The notes under the pieces were generated by a model. The model did not search any database, was not told where the DNA came from, and saw only the letters and a list, made by a program, of their open reading frames with translations. Positions 19,202 through 28,830 of a DNA stretch of 64,000 bases are shown here, piece after piece (position 1 is the stretch's first letter; every line of letters begins with the position of its first letter). Source of the stretch: Gammaproteobacteria bacterium (lineage in GTDB: Bacteria > Pseudomonadota > Gammaproteobacteria > Pseudomonadales > Balneatricaceae); contig JASMLZ010000068.1 in assembly GCA_030748435.1 (NCBI GenBank), positions 721-64,720 on the forward strand, given 5' to 3'. The translations under genes and the position numbers were made by a program.

Positions 19202-20026
19202 ATGGACACTCTGGTTTCTGCAGCTTGGCTATATAAGCATTTGCACCAAGCTGATCTAAAAATCGTCGATGCTTCCTGGTATTTACCAACTGCGCAAAGG
19301 GAGCCACAGGCTGAATATTTAACGGCTCATATTCCCGGTGCGGTATTTTTTGATCTTGATAAGTGCAGCGCAGACAGCCCATTGCCCCATATGCTGCCCA
19401 GTGCCCCACAGTTTGCTGATTATATGGCTCAGTTGGGCATTAACAGCAATGATCGGGTACTAGTCTATGATAGCCATGGGCTCTTTTCTGCAGCCCGGTT
19501 ATGGTGGATGCTGGGCCTGTTTGGCAGTCAACAGGTAGCCATACTTAATGGTGGGCTAAAGGCCTGGCAGAAGGCCGGTTATCCATTAACCAGCGGTGCA
19601 GAAGATGTGTCTCTCGGGCAGTATCAGGCGCAACCTGATACCAGCCGTATAGCCAGTCCTGACTATGTGCTGGATGCTCTGTTACAAAGTGATATTGCCG
19701 TGCTCGATGCCCGCCCTGAAGCGCGTTTTAACGGCACAGAACCCGAGGCCAGAGCCGGCCTGCGCAGTGGCCATATTCCCGGTTCTTATAATATGCCCTT
19801 TACCCGTTTGCAACGTGACGGCGCTCTCTTGCCCGTTGCTGAGCTAAAAGCCGAACTGGCAGATTATCTGCATAAACGCGAAATTATTACCACCTGTGGC
19901 TCAGGGGTTACCGCGGCAGTTATTGTATTGGCCCTGCATCTATGCGGTTATAGTAATGCTAAGCTCTATGATGGTTCCTGGGCTGAATGGGGTGGGCGGT
20001 TGGATCTGCCGGTGGCGGTAAGTTAA
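19202..20026 (+). CDS. sseA: 3-mercaptopyruvate sulfurtransferase (tandem rhodanese)
   Basis: 274 aa with two rhodanese domains. The active-site loop TTCGSGVTAA is typical of MST/SseA. Confidence 0.85.
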   Translation: MDTLVSAAWLYKHLHQADLKIVDASWYLPTAQREPQAEYLTAHIPGAVFFDLDKCSADSPLPHMLPSAPQFADYMAQLGINSNDRVLVYDSHGLFSAARLWWMLGLFGSQQVAILNGGLKAWQKAGYPLTSGAEDVSLGQYQAQPDTSRIASPDYVLDALLQSDIAVLDARPEARFNGTEPEARAGLRSGHIPGSYNMPFTRLQRDGALLPVAELKAELADYLHKREIITTCGSGVTAAVIVLALHLCGYSNAKLYDGSWAEWGGRLDLPVAVS

Positions 20027-20237
20027 CCAGCCCATGTCCTTAATATGCGGCAGCCCAGTCTATGGTAATTAACCTAAGATATTCTTATAGCTTGGCTATT
20101 TAAGCGCCTTTATAAAAGCTTACAAAGGTATTTTTTGAGTTGCCTGAATTAATCTTAGTATATACCAATAACAAGGGTAGAAATTTGGTAAAGGGGTAGC
20201 AGGGTAAATAGAAAGAGCTATTTCAGTTTTACTAAAC

Positions 20238-20273
20238 AAAAAAACAGGCAGGTCGCTCAAGACGACCTGCCTG
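20238..20273 (-). terminator. Rho-independent terminator after icd
   Basis: 11-bp stem caggcaggtcg/cgacctgcctg, followed on the minus strand by a T7 run. Confidence 0.75.
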
Positions 20274-20299
20274 CCATATGGTTAAGCCTAGCTTAATAG

Positions 20300-22543
20300 T
20301 TATTTATTACCCGCTGGCGCGTCTGCCAGAATGGCGTTTAGGGTAGCACTTGGGCGCATAACCTTTTTCACATCTTCACGGCGGGCGTGGAAGTAGCCTT
20401 TTATAGCTGATGCTGGCTGGCCCTGCACTTCGCTAAGTTCGGCAATAACCTGCTTTTCGGCCGCTTTCATGGCTTCGGCAAAGGGTTTAAACTTGGCTGC
20501 CAATGCCGTGTCCTCGTCCTGTGCGGCAATGGCTTGTGCCCAGTGAGTGCCCAGATAGTAGTGGCTGCCACGGTTGTCCAATTCACCCGTTTTACGCGAC
20601 GGCGACTGGTTATTTTCCAGTAGTGTGCCTGTGGCCTGATCCAGGGTTTTGGCCAGAATGCCAGCCACCTTATTATCTTGCTTGATGCCCATATCTTCCA
20701 GAGATACGGCCAAGGCAAGGAATTCGCCCAGGGAGTCCCAGCGCAGGTGGTTTTCTTCCAGTACCTGTTGCACGTGCTTGGGGGCGGAACCACCAGCGCC
20801 AGTTTCATACATGCCGCCGCCTTTAAGCATGGGTACGATGGATAGCATTTTGGCGGAGGTGCCCAGTTCCATAATGGGGAACAGGTCGGTCAGATAGTCA
20901 CGCAGTACGTTACCGGTAACGGAGATAGTATCGGAACCACGAATCATGCGTTCCATGGAGCGGCGCATGGCTTCTACATAGGTCATAATACGGATATCCA
21001 GACCTTCAGTGTCATGTTCGGCCAGATATTTCTCCACTTTGCTGATCAATTGGATGTCGTGTGGACGGTTACGATCTAGCCAGAAGATGGCGGGAGTATC
21101 AGACTGACGGGAACGGGTAACAGCCAGTTTAACCCAGTCACGCACAGGTTCGTCTTTGGTTTGGCAGGCGCGCCAAATATCACCTTGTGCCACTTCGTGA
21201 GACATCAATACTTCGCCAGTAGCGGCATTGACTACGCGCATAATGCCGGCTTCGGTTTCAAATGTTTTGTCGTGAGAACCGTATTCTTCGGCTTTTTTCG
21301 CCATCAGGCCCACATTGGGTACGGTGCCCATGGTGGTTGGATCAAAGGCGCCATTGGTTTTACAGAAGTTGATCATTTCCTGATAAATAGTGGCATAGGT
21401 GCTTTCTGGCATGACCGCCTTACAATCCTTGGGACGGCCGTCGGCTCCCCACATTTTGCCGCCATTTCGGATCATGGCAGGCATGGATGCATCGACAATC
21501 ACATCGGAAGGTACATGTAAGTTAGTGATGCCTTTAACGGAGTCAACCATGGCCAGTTCTGGGCGGTGTTCGTAACAGGCATGAATATCTTCTTCAATTT
21601 CTTCCCGGAAGGAACGTGGTAGCTCCTGAATTTTTTCGTAAACGCTGCTTAAGCCGTTATTGGGGTTAACACCCAGTTTTTCGAACAGGGGGCCATATTT
21701 TTCAAATACTTCTTTGTAAAATACAGTAACGGCATGGCCAAAGACGATAGGATGGGAGACTTTCATCATGGTGGCCTTTACATGCAGTGACCACATAACC
21801 CCAGAATCTTTGGCATCTTCAATAGAGGCTTCCAGAAAATCACGCAGGGTCTGGACACTCATGCGCATAGAATCCATGATTTCGCCGGCTTCCAGGCTGA
21901 GCTCTTTTTTGACGGTAACCTCACCGTCGGCGTTAACATGCTCGATACGCACATCAGTAGCTTGAGCTACAGTTATGGATTGTTCAGCTGAGTAGAAGTC
22001 GCCGTCACGCATATAATCAGCGTGGGTGCGGGAGGCCATGCTCCACTTGCCCATCTTGTGAGGAAATTTGCGGGCAAAAGCTTTTACTGCACCTGGGGCA
22101 CGGCGATCGGAGTTGCCTTCACGTAGTACGGGGTTGACAGCACTGCCCAGGATTTTGGAATAACGGGCATTGATAGCTTGCTCTTCCTCGGTGCTCGGAT
22201 TTTGAGGATAGTCAGGAATGGCATAGCCTTGGGATTGCAATTCTTTAATGCAGTTATTTAATTGAGGAGCAGAAGCGGATATATTTGGCAGCTTAACAAT
22301 ATTGGCGTTGGGGTCCTGTGTTAGCTCGCCAAGAAATTGCAGGCCGTCTTGAATCTGTTGTTCGTCAGTTAGATAGTCACCGAAATTGGCCAGAATACGG
22401 CCAGCCAGTGAAATATCAGTAATTTTAACCTTGATGCCAGCGGCGTTAGTGAACGCACGCACGATGGGCAACAAGGAACAAGTTGCCATGGATGGGGCTT
22501 CGTCGGTTAATGTGTAGTAGATGGTGTTGTTATGAGCAGTCAT
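20300..22543 (-). CDS. icd: Isocitrate dehydrogenase (NADP), monomeric type
   Basis: About 747 aa. [25 protein letters not shown] ... [12 protein letters not shown] closely resembles the Azotobacter-type monomeric IDH. The start was moved to the ATG at 22543, which is preceded by aaggga. Confidence 0.9.
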   Translation of the reverse strand: MTAHNNTIYYTLTDEAPSMATCSLLPIVRAFTNAAGIKVKITDISLAGRILANFGDYLTDEQQIQDGLQFLGELTQDPNANIVKLPNISASAPQLNNCIKELQSQGYAIPDYPQNPSTEEEQAINARYSKILGSAVNPVLREGNSDRRAPGAVKAFARKFPHKMGKWSMASRTHADYMRDGDFYSAEQSITVAQATDVRIEHVNADGEVTVKKELSLEAGEIMDSMRMSVQTLRDFLEASIEDAKDSGVMWSLHVKATMMKVSHPIVFGHAVTVFYKEVFEKYGPLFEKLGVNPNNGLSSVYEKIQELPRSFREEIEEDIHACYEHRPELAMVDSVKGITNLHVPSDVIVDASMPAMIRNGGKMWGADGRPKDCKAVMPESTYATIYQEMINFCKTNGAFDPTTMGTVPNVGLMAKKAEEYGSHDKTFETEAGIMRVVNAATGEVLMSHEVAQGDIWRACQTKDEPVRDWVKLAVTRSRQSDTPAIFWLDRNRPHDIQLISKVEKYLAEHDTEGLDIRIMTYVEAMRRSMERMIRGSDTISVTGNVLRDYLTDLFPIMELGTSAKMLSIVPMLKGGGMYETGAGGSAPKHVQQVLEENHLRWDSLGEFLALAVSLEDMGIKQDNKVAGILAKTLDQATGTLLENNQSPSRKTGELDNRGSHYYLGTHWAQAIAAQDEDTALAAKFKPFAEAMKAAEKQVIAELSEVQGQPASAIKGYFHARREDVKKVMRPSATLNAILADAPAGNK

Positions 22544-22869
22544 AGGATCCCTTTGTTTATGCTGGCGGATAAGCCTGGGGCTTGATGAGAAGCGGCTTGT
22601 GGCCACCTTAGACTCATTAACGTCAAGCCCACTGGGGTTGTTTAACCTGTGTACTATACGTCAAAAAACTACCAAATTTGAAGTGTTGCGAGATAACTAG
22701 TGGGTATTTATTGGCGAAATACCCAAGCTATTGTAGTTTTTTTACTTCATAATTGTCTTTTAGGGGGCTACAAATGTGCCGTCTTTACAAGCAGTAATGA
22801 CACCGGTCTGAAAAATGACCGGTTTGGCAGGGCTGGTCTGGTTGTTGAATTATTGGAGAAAAATAGACT

Positions 22870-23322
22870 ATGACTATTTGGGTGGATGCCGACGCTTGTC
22901 CTGTAGTGGTAAGGGAGATTTTATGCCGAGCTGCTGAACGCACGCAAATGCCTACGGTATTTGTTGCTAACCAGTTTATTTCTACGCCAGCCTCGCAGGT
23001 GGTGCGTATGCTGCAGGTGAGCAGCGGTTTTGATGAGGCCGATAATGAAATAGTTAAGCGTGTGTTGGCAGGTGATCTGGTGATTACCTCGGATATACCC
23101 CTGGCTGCAGAGGTGATAGCCAAGGGCGCAACGGTATTAAACAATCGCGGTGAAGCCTATACCAACGCTAATATCAAAGCCAAGTTGAATATGCGCGACT
23201 TTATGGAGACGATGCGTTCCAGTGGGGTACAAACAGGTGGGCCAGCCGCCTATAGTCATGCGGATCGCATGGCCTTTGCCAATAAGCTTGATCAATGGTT
23301 GGCCAAACAAGCTGGCAGTTAA
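22870..23322 (+). CDS. yaiI: YaiI/YqxD family protein (UPF0178, DUF188)
   Basis: 150 aa. The N-terminus [16 protein letters not shown] is diagnostic of the family. Confidence 0.8.
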   Translation: MTIWVDADACPVVVREILCRAAERTQMPTVFVANQFISTPASQVVRMLQVSSGFDEADNEIVKRVLAGDLVITSDIPLAAEVIAKGATVLNNRGEAYTNANIKAKLNMRDFMETMRSSGVQTGGPAAYSHADRMAFANKLDQWLAKQAGS

Positions 23323-23535
23323 ATCAGCACCCATGTGCAGATGCGACCAAATGTTGCCATACATCTATAAACATACATATTGCAGTACCATAGCCATTGA
23401 CCATCTATTACAATGATGCCCATGATATAAATCCCGTGCCCCTTTATTATATGTGTAACAGAGCTTGGCACGAGCCGGTATTTTGTCTTGTCACAGGGCA
23501 AAATAACCACCGTGCAAAGCGCTTAGGGTGTTGTT

Positions 23536-24369
23536 ATGAAAACTGCTGACTTATCTCGCTACCTGCTCTATCCCCAACCGGATGCGCCAGACCTAACGGA
23601 CTCGGTTTTGGGGCGTGATGAAAATAACCAGCCTATAGATATAGATGTGGTCGCTGAACGCGGGTTAACCGTATACCTTAATCGTCAGGAAGTGGTTACC
23701 TTGATGACTCTTGGGGATCACCCGCAATATCTGGCGGTGGGTTTTTTGCTAAATCAAAATATGTTGCGTGCCGATGATAAGGTGACAGGTATTGATTATG
23801 ATCAGGAACTGTCGGTGGTGATTGTGCGTACCGCAAGAGAAACCAACTACGAAGATAAGCTAAAGCAAAAGGTGCGTACTTCCGGCTGTGCTCAAGGCAC
23901 GGTCTTTGGCGATATTATGGAAAAGTTTGCCGGCATCCAATTGACTGACAATCTACAGTTAAAGACCAGTGCTATCTATGCCTTGTCCAAGAAAATTAAC
24001 ACCACGCCGAGTATCTACCATAAGGCTGGGGCTATTCATGGCTGTGTTTTGTGTCATGATGATCAGCCTTTAATATATATGGAAGATGTGGGGCGCCACA
24101 ATGCTATTGATAAGATCGCAGGTTATATGTACCAACACGCGATAGAGCCTTATGATAAATGTTTTTATACCACTGGGCGACTGACCAGTGAAATGGTTAT
24201 TAAAACGGTACAGATGCAAATCCCGATTTTGATTTCACGTTCTGGATTTACTGCCTGGGGTGTAGCGCTTGCCCGTCAGGCCGGCTTGACTTTGGTTGGG
24301 CGTGCCAAAGGGCGTAAGTTTGTGGCTCTAAGTGGCTACCAACGTTTGCACTATGATATAAATATCTAG
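23536..24369 (+). CDS. fdhD: Formate dehydrogenase accessory sulfurtransferase FdhD/FdsC
   Basis: 277 aa. The family signature regions (DVGRHNAIDK, SRSGFT) and the length match FdhD. Confidence 0.85.
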   Translation: MKTADLSRYLLYPQPDAPDLTDSVLGRDENNQPIDIDVVAERGLTVYLNRQEVVTLMTLGDHPQYLAVGFLLNQNMLRADDKVTGIDYDQELSVVIVRTARETNYEDKLKQKVRTSGCAQGTVFGDIMEKFAGIQLTDNLQLKTSAIYALSKKINTTPSIYHKAGAIHGCVLCHDDQPLIYMEDVGRHNAIDKIAGYMYQHAIEPYDKCFYTTGRLTSEMVIKTVQMQIPILISRSGFTAWGVALARQAGLTLVGRAKGRKFVALSGYQRLHYDINI

Positions 24370-24402
24370 ACAACAATCCTAGATTGTATTAGGAGACAAA
24401 GA

Positions 24403-25047
24403 ATGCTTGCAAAAGATCAATTGGTTGGTGTTATTCTGGCGGGTGGTCAAGCTCGGCGTATGCAGGGCGCTGATAAACCCCTAACCGAAATTGCTGGCAA
24501 ACCGCTGTTGCAATATGTGATTGAGCGGGCGCAGCCGCAACTATCCAATATGTTGCTTAATACCAATGGTGATGTTGACCGCTATGCTCGCTTCCAGTTG
24601 CCCATACAGGCTGATATTGTGCCAGATTTTGCCGGTCCTTTGGCTGGTGTGGTATCTGCTATGGCCTGGGCACGAGCTTTTCAGCCTCAGGCTAGTCATA
24701 TTATTACTATCGCTGCAGACACACCATTTTATCCTAGCGATTATGTAGAGCGTATGCTAGCTGCTGTTGATGAACAGCACCCTCTGGCCTGCGCCAGCTA
24801 TCGCGGCCGAACTCAGCCAGTGTTTGGCCTGTGGCCGATTGATCTGCATAATGAGTTACACCATGCGCTATTGGAAGAGGGTATTCACAAGGTTGATTTA
24901 TTTTCGGCCCGTTATGGTGTCGCCGATGTGGTGTTTGATGATATGCCTTATAACCCCTTCTTTAATGTTAATCGGTTGGCCGACGTAGCGGAGGGCGAGG
25001 CCCTGTTAGCGGCCCATGTCGCGTATGAGGTGCCGGTCGTCGTATAG
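24403..25047 (+). CDS. mobA: Molybdenum cofactor guanylyltransferase
   Basis: 214 aa. The N-terminal GVILAGGQARRMQGADKPL motif is present, and an RBS aggaga lies upstream. Confidence 0.85.
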   Translation: MLAKDQLVGVILAGGQARRMQGADKPLTEIAGKPLLQYVIERAQPQLSNMLLNTNGDVDRYARFQLPIQADIVPDFAGPLAGVVSAMAWARAFQPQASHIITIAADTPFYPSDYVERMLAAVDEQHPLACASYRGRTQPVFGLWPIDLHNELHHALLEEGIHKVDLFSARYGVADVVFDDMPYNPFFNVNRLADVAEGEALLAAHVAYEVPVVV

Positions 25048-25099
25048 CCATCGTTTTTGGCTTGACCAAAGGCGTCTAAAGGGCCATTATATGCGCCAG

Positions 25100-25300
25100 T
25101 TTTGGGTGCTTTATCAACGGCTGAAAAGCCGCCGTAAAGCTTAAAAGGGAACATCTAAGTAAAACTTTATGCTGAGATGGCTGTCCCCGCAACTGTATGG
25201 ACTGGGTTGTTACTCAACTTGGTCTGAGCCAGGAGACCTGCCCAAACTACTTAACCAGATGCCGGGTGAGCATCGGGCGAGGCAAGTATTGGTTTCCTCT
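25100..25300 (+). promoter_or_regulatory. Cobalamin (B12) riboswitch
   Basis: Conserved core elements occur in the correct order: AAAAGGGAAC (25143-25152), GTCCCCGCAACTGTA (about 25183-25197) and the B12 box GAGCCAGGAGACCTGCCC (25226-25243). It lies directly upstream of the cobalt transporter operon. The boundaries are approximate. Confidence 0.8.
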
Positions 25301-25345
25301 CCCTGCATAATGCCCGCTTGTAAAAGTTTTTTTAGGAACCGATCA

Positions 25346-26143
25346 ATGCCTTTTACTGCCGTTTTTAAAGCCATCCTTGTGCTAGGAATCTACTGTTTTA
25401 GTCAACTTGGTCATGCTCACTTTCAGTTGCTTTATACTGATACCGCAATTATAGAAAAAGCCGCTCCAGTCCCCGCCAAACTGATTTTTTGGCACCCTAT
25501 GGATAATGGTCATGGCATGGATATGCAACGCCCGCTGGAAGTCAGTGTTATACATCGTGGGCAGCACACTGACCTGACCGATAACGTTATGCAGACACAA
25601 TTTATTGGCCAGCATAATACCGCCGTGAGCTGGGATGTTAGTATTCCGGTAAAGCGCTCAGGTGATTATGTGGTTATTGTTACTCCTGAACCCTATTATG
25701 AAGCCTCTGAAGATATTTATATTCAACAGATTACCAAAGCCTATTTAAATCGTAACCAACTGCCTACGGATTGGCACCAGATGCACGGCCTGACGGCTGA
25801 AATTCGTCCTTTGATTAAGCCTTATAATGTTGCTGTTGGCACAAGTTTTCGTGGTCAAGTGTTGAATGCAGGCAAGCCGGTTGCGTTTGCTGAAATTGAA
25901 GTGGAGTATATGATCGCACCACCGGATATGACTACTGGCAAAGTGAGTTCCAGTGCCAGTCTGGAATTACCAGGTGGCTCTATAACCCTGTTGAGTGATG
26001 CCCATGGTATATTTAGCATGGCTATACCTAAAGCAGGTTACTGGGGTTTTGCTGCCTTGGGAGTGGGTAGTGATGACCACTATAAAGGCAAGCAATTATC
26101 TCAGGATGCCGTAATCTGGGTGCAAGCCCATGAGTTTAACTAG
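25346..26143 (+). CDS. DUF4198-type periplasmic protein, K-type auxiliary component of a Cbi/Nik ECF transporter
   Basis: A signal peptide (MPFTAVFKAILVLGIYCFSQLGHA) is followed by HFQLLY and a carboxypeptidase-regulatory-like beta-sandwich segment. I trimmed the start from 25169 because the upstream part of that ORF is the riboswitch. Confidence 0.65.
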   Translation: MPFTAVFKAILVLGIYCFSQLGHAHFQLLYTDTAIIEKAAPVPAKLIFWHPMDNGHGMDMQRPLEVSVIHRGQHTDLTDNVMQTQFIGQHNTAVSWDVSIPVKRSGDYVVIVTPEPYYEASEDIYIQQITKAYLNRNQLPTDWHQMHGLTAEIRPLIKPYNVAVGTSFRGQVLNAGKPVAFAEIEVEYMIAPPDMTTGKVSSSASLELPGGSITLLSDAHGIFSMAIPKAGYWGFAALGVGSDDHYKGKQLSQDAVIWVQAHEFN

Positions 26144-26152
26144 GAGAGCAAT

Positions 26153-26761
26153 TTGCATATTGTTGACGGGGCCTTGACCACCGAGGTTTTGCTAATTGGC
26201 GCGGCCTTAACTGGGTTAGGCCTGATGCAGGGTCTGCGAAGCATGCCGCTGGAGAAGATTCCTGCTACAGGTATGCTGGCGGCAACGTTTTTTGTTGCTT
26301 CTCTGATACATGTGCCTTTGGGGCCTTCTTCGGTGCATTTGATTATGAATGGCGTGGCGGGAATCCTACTGGGTTGGGCCGCTGTGCCGGCCTTGTTTGT
26401 CGGTTTACTGTTGCAAGCGATATTTTTCGGCTATGGCGGTATAACTGTGCTAGGTGTTAATGCCTGCAATATTGCTTTGCCAGCGGTGCTGGTTTACTAC
26501 TTAATTAGGCCGTTTATTGTGCGTGCCAGTGTCCGGCAACAGTTTATTTTTGGCGCCTTTGGAGGTGGTTTGGCAGTGGCTGGTAGCACGTTAATGGTGG
26601 CTGCCAGTTTATGGTTTAGTGGTGAAGAATTTATACCCGCTGCCAAACTGGTTTTGGTAAGCCATATCCCGGTAATCTTCATCGAAGCTTTATTATCTGG
26701 TGCAACGCTTTATCTGGTGGCCAAGGTAAAGCCGGAATTGTTTATGGGCAGGAGCTGGTAA
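26153..26761 (+). CDS. cbiM: ECF transporter substrate-capture component CbiM/NikM (cobalt/nickel)
   Basis: 202 aa and polytopic. The N-terminus Met-His-Ile-x-Asp/Glu-Gly is characteristic of CbiM/NikM. The start is TTG, preceded by AGGAGAG. Confidence 0.8.
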   Translation: MHIVDGALTTEVLLIGAALTGLGLMQGLRSMPLEKIPATGMLAATFFVASLIHVPLGPSSVHLIMNGVAGILLGWAAVPALFVGLLLQAIFFGYGGITVLGVNACNIALPAVLVYYLIRPFIVRASVRQQFIFGAFGGGLAVAGSTLMVAASLWFSGEEFIPAAKLVLVSHIPVIFIEALLSGATLYLVAKVKPELFMGRSW

Positions 26762-26763
26762 AG

Positions 26764-27342
26764 ATGCGAACAGCTCTGCTAATGGTTCTATTGACTGCTA
26801 TAAGTCCATGGGTGTGGGGTCATAAAGTAATTCTTGATGTATTTGTTAGTGGCGCGGTTGTTGAAGGTGAACTAGGTTTTTCCAATGGCGAAATGGCTAA
26901 CCAGCAAATGATATCGGTGTACAATACGATGGGGCAGGAACTAGCCCAAGTGCACACAGATAAGAATGGTTTTTTCTCTTATACTCCGGGCCAGAAAGTT
27001 GACCAGGTGTTTGTTGCTGATCTTGGCGCTGGGCATCTAGCCAAAGCCACTTTATCGGCGTCTGAATTGACATCAAACATGCAGTTATCAAGTGCCCCTG
27101 TGGCCCAACAGACAGAAGCGGAAAGTCCCAGATTGCCAGCCACTCAGCTAACCTCTGAGCAGGTCAATATGGCCCTTGAGTTACAAAAATTAAGTGTGGA
27201 AATCCGTCAGATGCGCCGCGCATTGAAGGCTTATAAAGAGCAACATGATTGGCAAACTATTTTGGGTGGTATGGGCTATATATTGGGTTTGGTGGGGTTA
27301 GGTTATTATTTCGCGGCACGGCGCCGGTTGCAGGATAAATAA
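26764..27342 (+). CDS. L-type auxiliary membrane-anchored component of the Cbi/Nik transporter (N-terminal signal, beta-sandwich, C-terminal TM)
   Basis: 192 aa. It has an N-terminal signal/anchor, a soluble domain and a C-terminal hydrophobic helix (ILGGMGYILGLVGLGYYF). Its position between M and Q matches the K-M-L-Q-O gene order described for some Nik/Cbi systems. Confidence 0.45.
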   Translation: MRTALLMVLLTAISPWVWGHKVILDVFVSGAVVEGELGFSNGEMANQQMISVYNTMGQELAQVHTDKNGFFSYTPGQKVDQVFVADLGAGHLAKATLSASELTSNMQLSSAPVAQQTEAESPRLPATQLTSEQVNMALELQKLSVEIRQMRRALKAYKEQHDWQTILGGMGYILGLVGLGYYFAARRRLQDK

Positions 27343-27343
27343 T

Positions 27344-28078
27344 ATGTTTTGGGTAACGAGCATTGATCCTCGTGTACGCATTATACTGGCTTTGCTGTTT
27401 AGTCTGGTTGTGGTGTCACTAAAGGCTTTGCCTTTATTGCTAGTGGCTTTTGCGATGGGGCTATTAATATTGCCAGGTTCCGGTCTGTCTTGGCAGTTAA
27501 CCCTGAAACGCATGTTGGCGATGGATGGCTTTATCCTGCTTATGTTGATTATGTTGCCGTTTACGGTCGCTGGAGACTTCTGGTTTAGTATCGCTGGCTT
27601 TACGGCCACCTGGCAGGGTTTATGGCGGGCGGTAGAAATAGCCTTGAAGGCTAATGCCATTGTTTTAATGCTGCTTACTCTGGTGGGCAGTATGGAAAGT
27701 GTGACCTTAGGACATGCTCTGGGAAAACTTAGAGTGTCCAGAAGTTTGGTGCACTTGCTGTTGTTTACTGTACGTTATGTTGAGGTGTTGAAAGAAGAAT
27801 ATCAGCGCTTACGTCAGGCTATGCAGGCACGTGCCTTTCGCCCGGGGAATAACTGGCATACCTATCGTAGTTTTGGTTACCTGTTTGGTATGTTGTTGGT
27901 GCGTGCCATGGAGCGCTCTGAGCGAGTTATGGAAGCGATGCAATGTCGCGGTTTTAATGGCCAGTTACCTATGTTAGCGCAATTACGTATGGGCCTTATG
28001 GACTGGGTGTTTATAAGCGTTATGTTGGCAGCCTTGGGTGGTTTAATGTATTTGGAGATATATCGTGTCATTATTTGA
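27344..28078 (+). CDS. cbiQ: ECF transporter transmembrane (T) component CbiQ
   Basis: 244 aa membrane protein with the CbiQ-like ARAFR / MxxRG coupling motifs (MQARAFRPG ... MQCRGF). Confidence 0.8.
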   Translation: MFWVTSIDPRVRIILALLFSLVVVSLKALPLLLVAFAMGLLILPGSGLSWQLTLKRMLAMDGFILLMLIMLPFTVAGDFWFSIAGFTATWQGLWRAVEIALKANAIVLMLLTLVGSMESVTLGHALGKLRVSRSLVHLLLFTVRYVEVLKEEYQRLRQAMQARAFRPGNNWHTYRSFGYLFGMLLVRAMERSERVMEAMQCRGFNGQLPMLAQLRMGLMDWVFISVMLAALGGLMYLEIYRVII

Positions 28079-28742
28079 ACTTGCCAATATTCATTTTGGC
28101 TATGTTGGTTGTCCGCCGGTTTTGAACGGGGCCAATTTATCTCTGCAAGCTGGGGAGCGTTTGTGCATTACTGGCCATAATGGTGCTGGTAAGTCGACTT
28201 TGTTACGTATTATGGTGGGTTTGCTTAAGCCCAATAAAGGCTCGATCACTGCTTTTGGTCAGCTCTGTCAGCAAGATAAAGATTTTTATAGTGTGCGTCA
28301 GCGAGCAGGTTTGGTATTTCAGGATGCCGATGATCAGCTGTTTTGCCCCACCGTGGCGGAAGATATTGCCTTTGGTCCCTTAAATCAGGGCAAAAGCCCG
28401 GCGCAAGCTATGCAGTTGGTAACAGATTTATTGCAGCAAATGCAATTAGGTTACCTACAGGATCGGGTGACACATAAGTTATCAGGAGGAGAAAAACGCC
28501 TTGTGGCTTTAGCTTCAGTATTGGCTATGCAACCGGAAGTGTTATTACTGGATGAGCCAACCAACGCTCTGGATGAGGAAAATGAAGCGCGTTTGGTGGC
28601 AATCTTACAGGGTTTGCCACAAGCTATGGTGCTGGTGAGTCACGACCCGCATTTCCGCCGTAAGATTGGTAATCGTACCCTGCGGGTAGTCGAAGGCCAA
28701 CTGCTGGAGTCCAATGCCTCCTGCCGCCATGCTGTGGCCTAG
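28065..28742 (+). CDS. cbiO: ECF transporter ATPase CbiO
   Basis: 225 aa with a GTG start overlapping the end of cbiQ. It has Walker A GHNGAGKST, signature LSGGEKR and Walker B LLLDEP. Confidence 0.85.
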   Translation: MSLFELANIHFGYVGCPPVLNGANLSLQAGERLCITGHNGAGKSTLLRIMVGLLKPNKGSITAFGQLCQQDKDFYSVRQRAGLVFQDADDQLFCPTVAEDIAFGPLNQGKSPAQAMQLVTDLLQQMQLGYLQDRVTHKLSGGEKRLVALASVLAMQPEVLLLDEPTNALDEENEARLVAILQGLPQAMVLVSHDPHFRRKIGNRTLRVVEGQLLESNASCRHAVA

Positions 28743-28830
28743 TCAGTAAATATCTAAGCTATTGTTTTTTGTTGCAGAGATTGCTTTGCTTGGCTCGCAA
28801 TAGCGGATTTATAAACCTTTTAGACCTGCT

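Noticed and set aside
23323-23535. Possible Moco riboswitch upstream of fdhD/mobA, based on a cacgagccgg segment that is reminiscent of the CCGAGCC core.
   Set aside because: I could not find the other conserved Moco-motif blocks or a convincing multi-stem architecture. The resemblance is limited to a few nucleotides. Only a covariance-model scan (Rfam RF01055) could revive this idea.
25169-25345. N-terminal 59 codons of the 324-aa ORF (25169-26143).
   Set aside because: This stretch coincides with the cobalamin riboswitch core, including the B12 box. The real protein starts at the signal peptide MPFTAVF (25346), which is preceded by an RBS-like aggaa.
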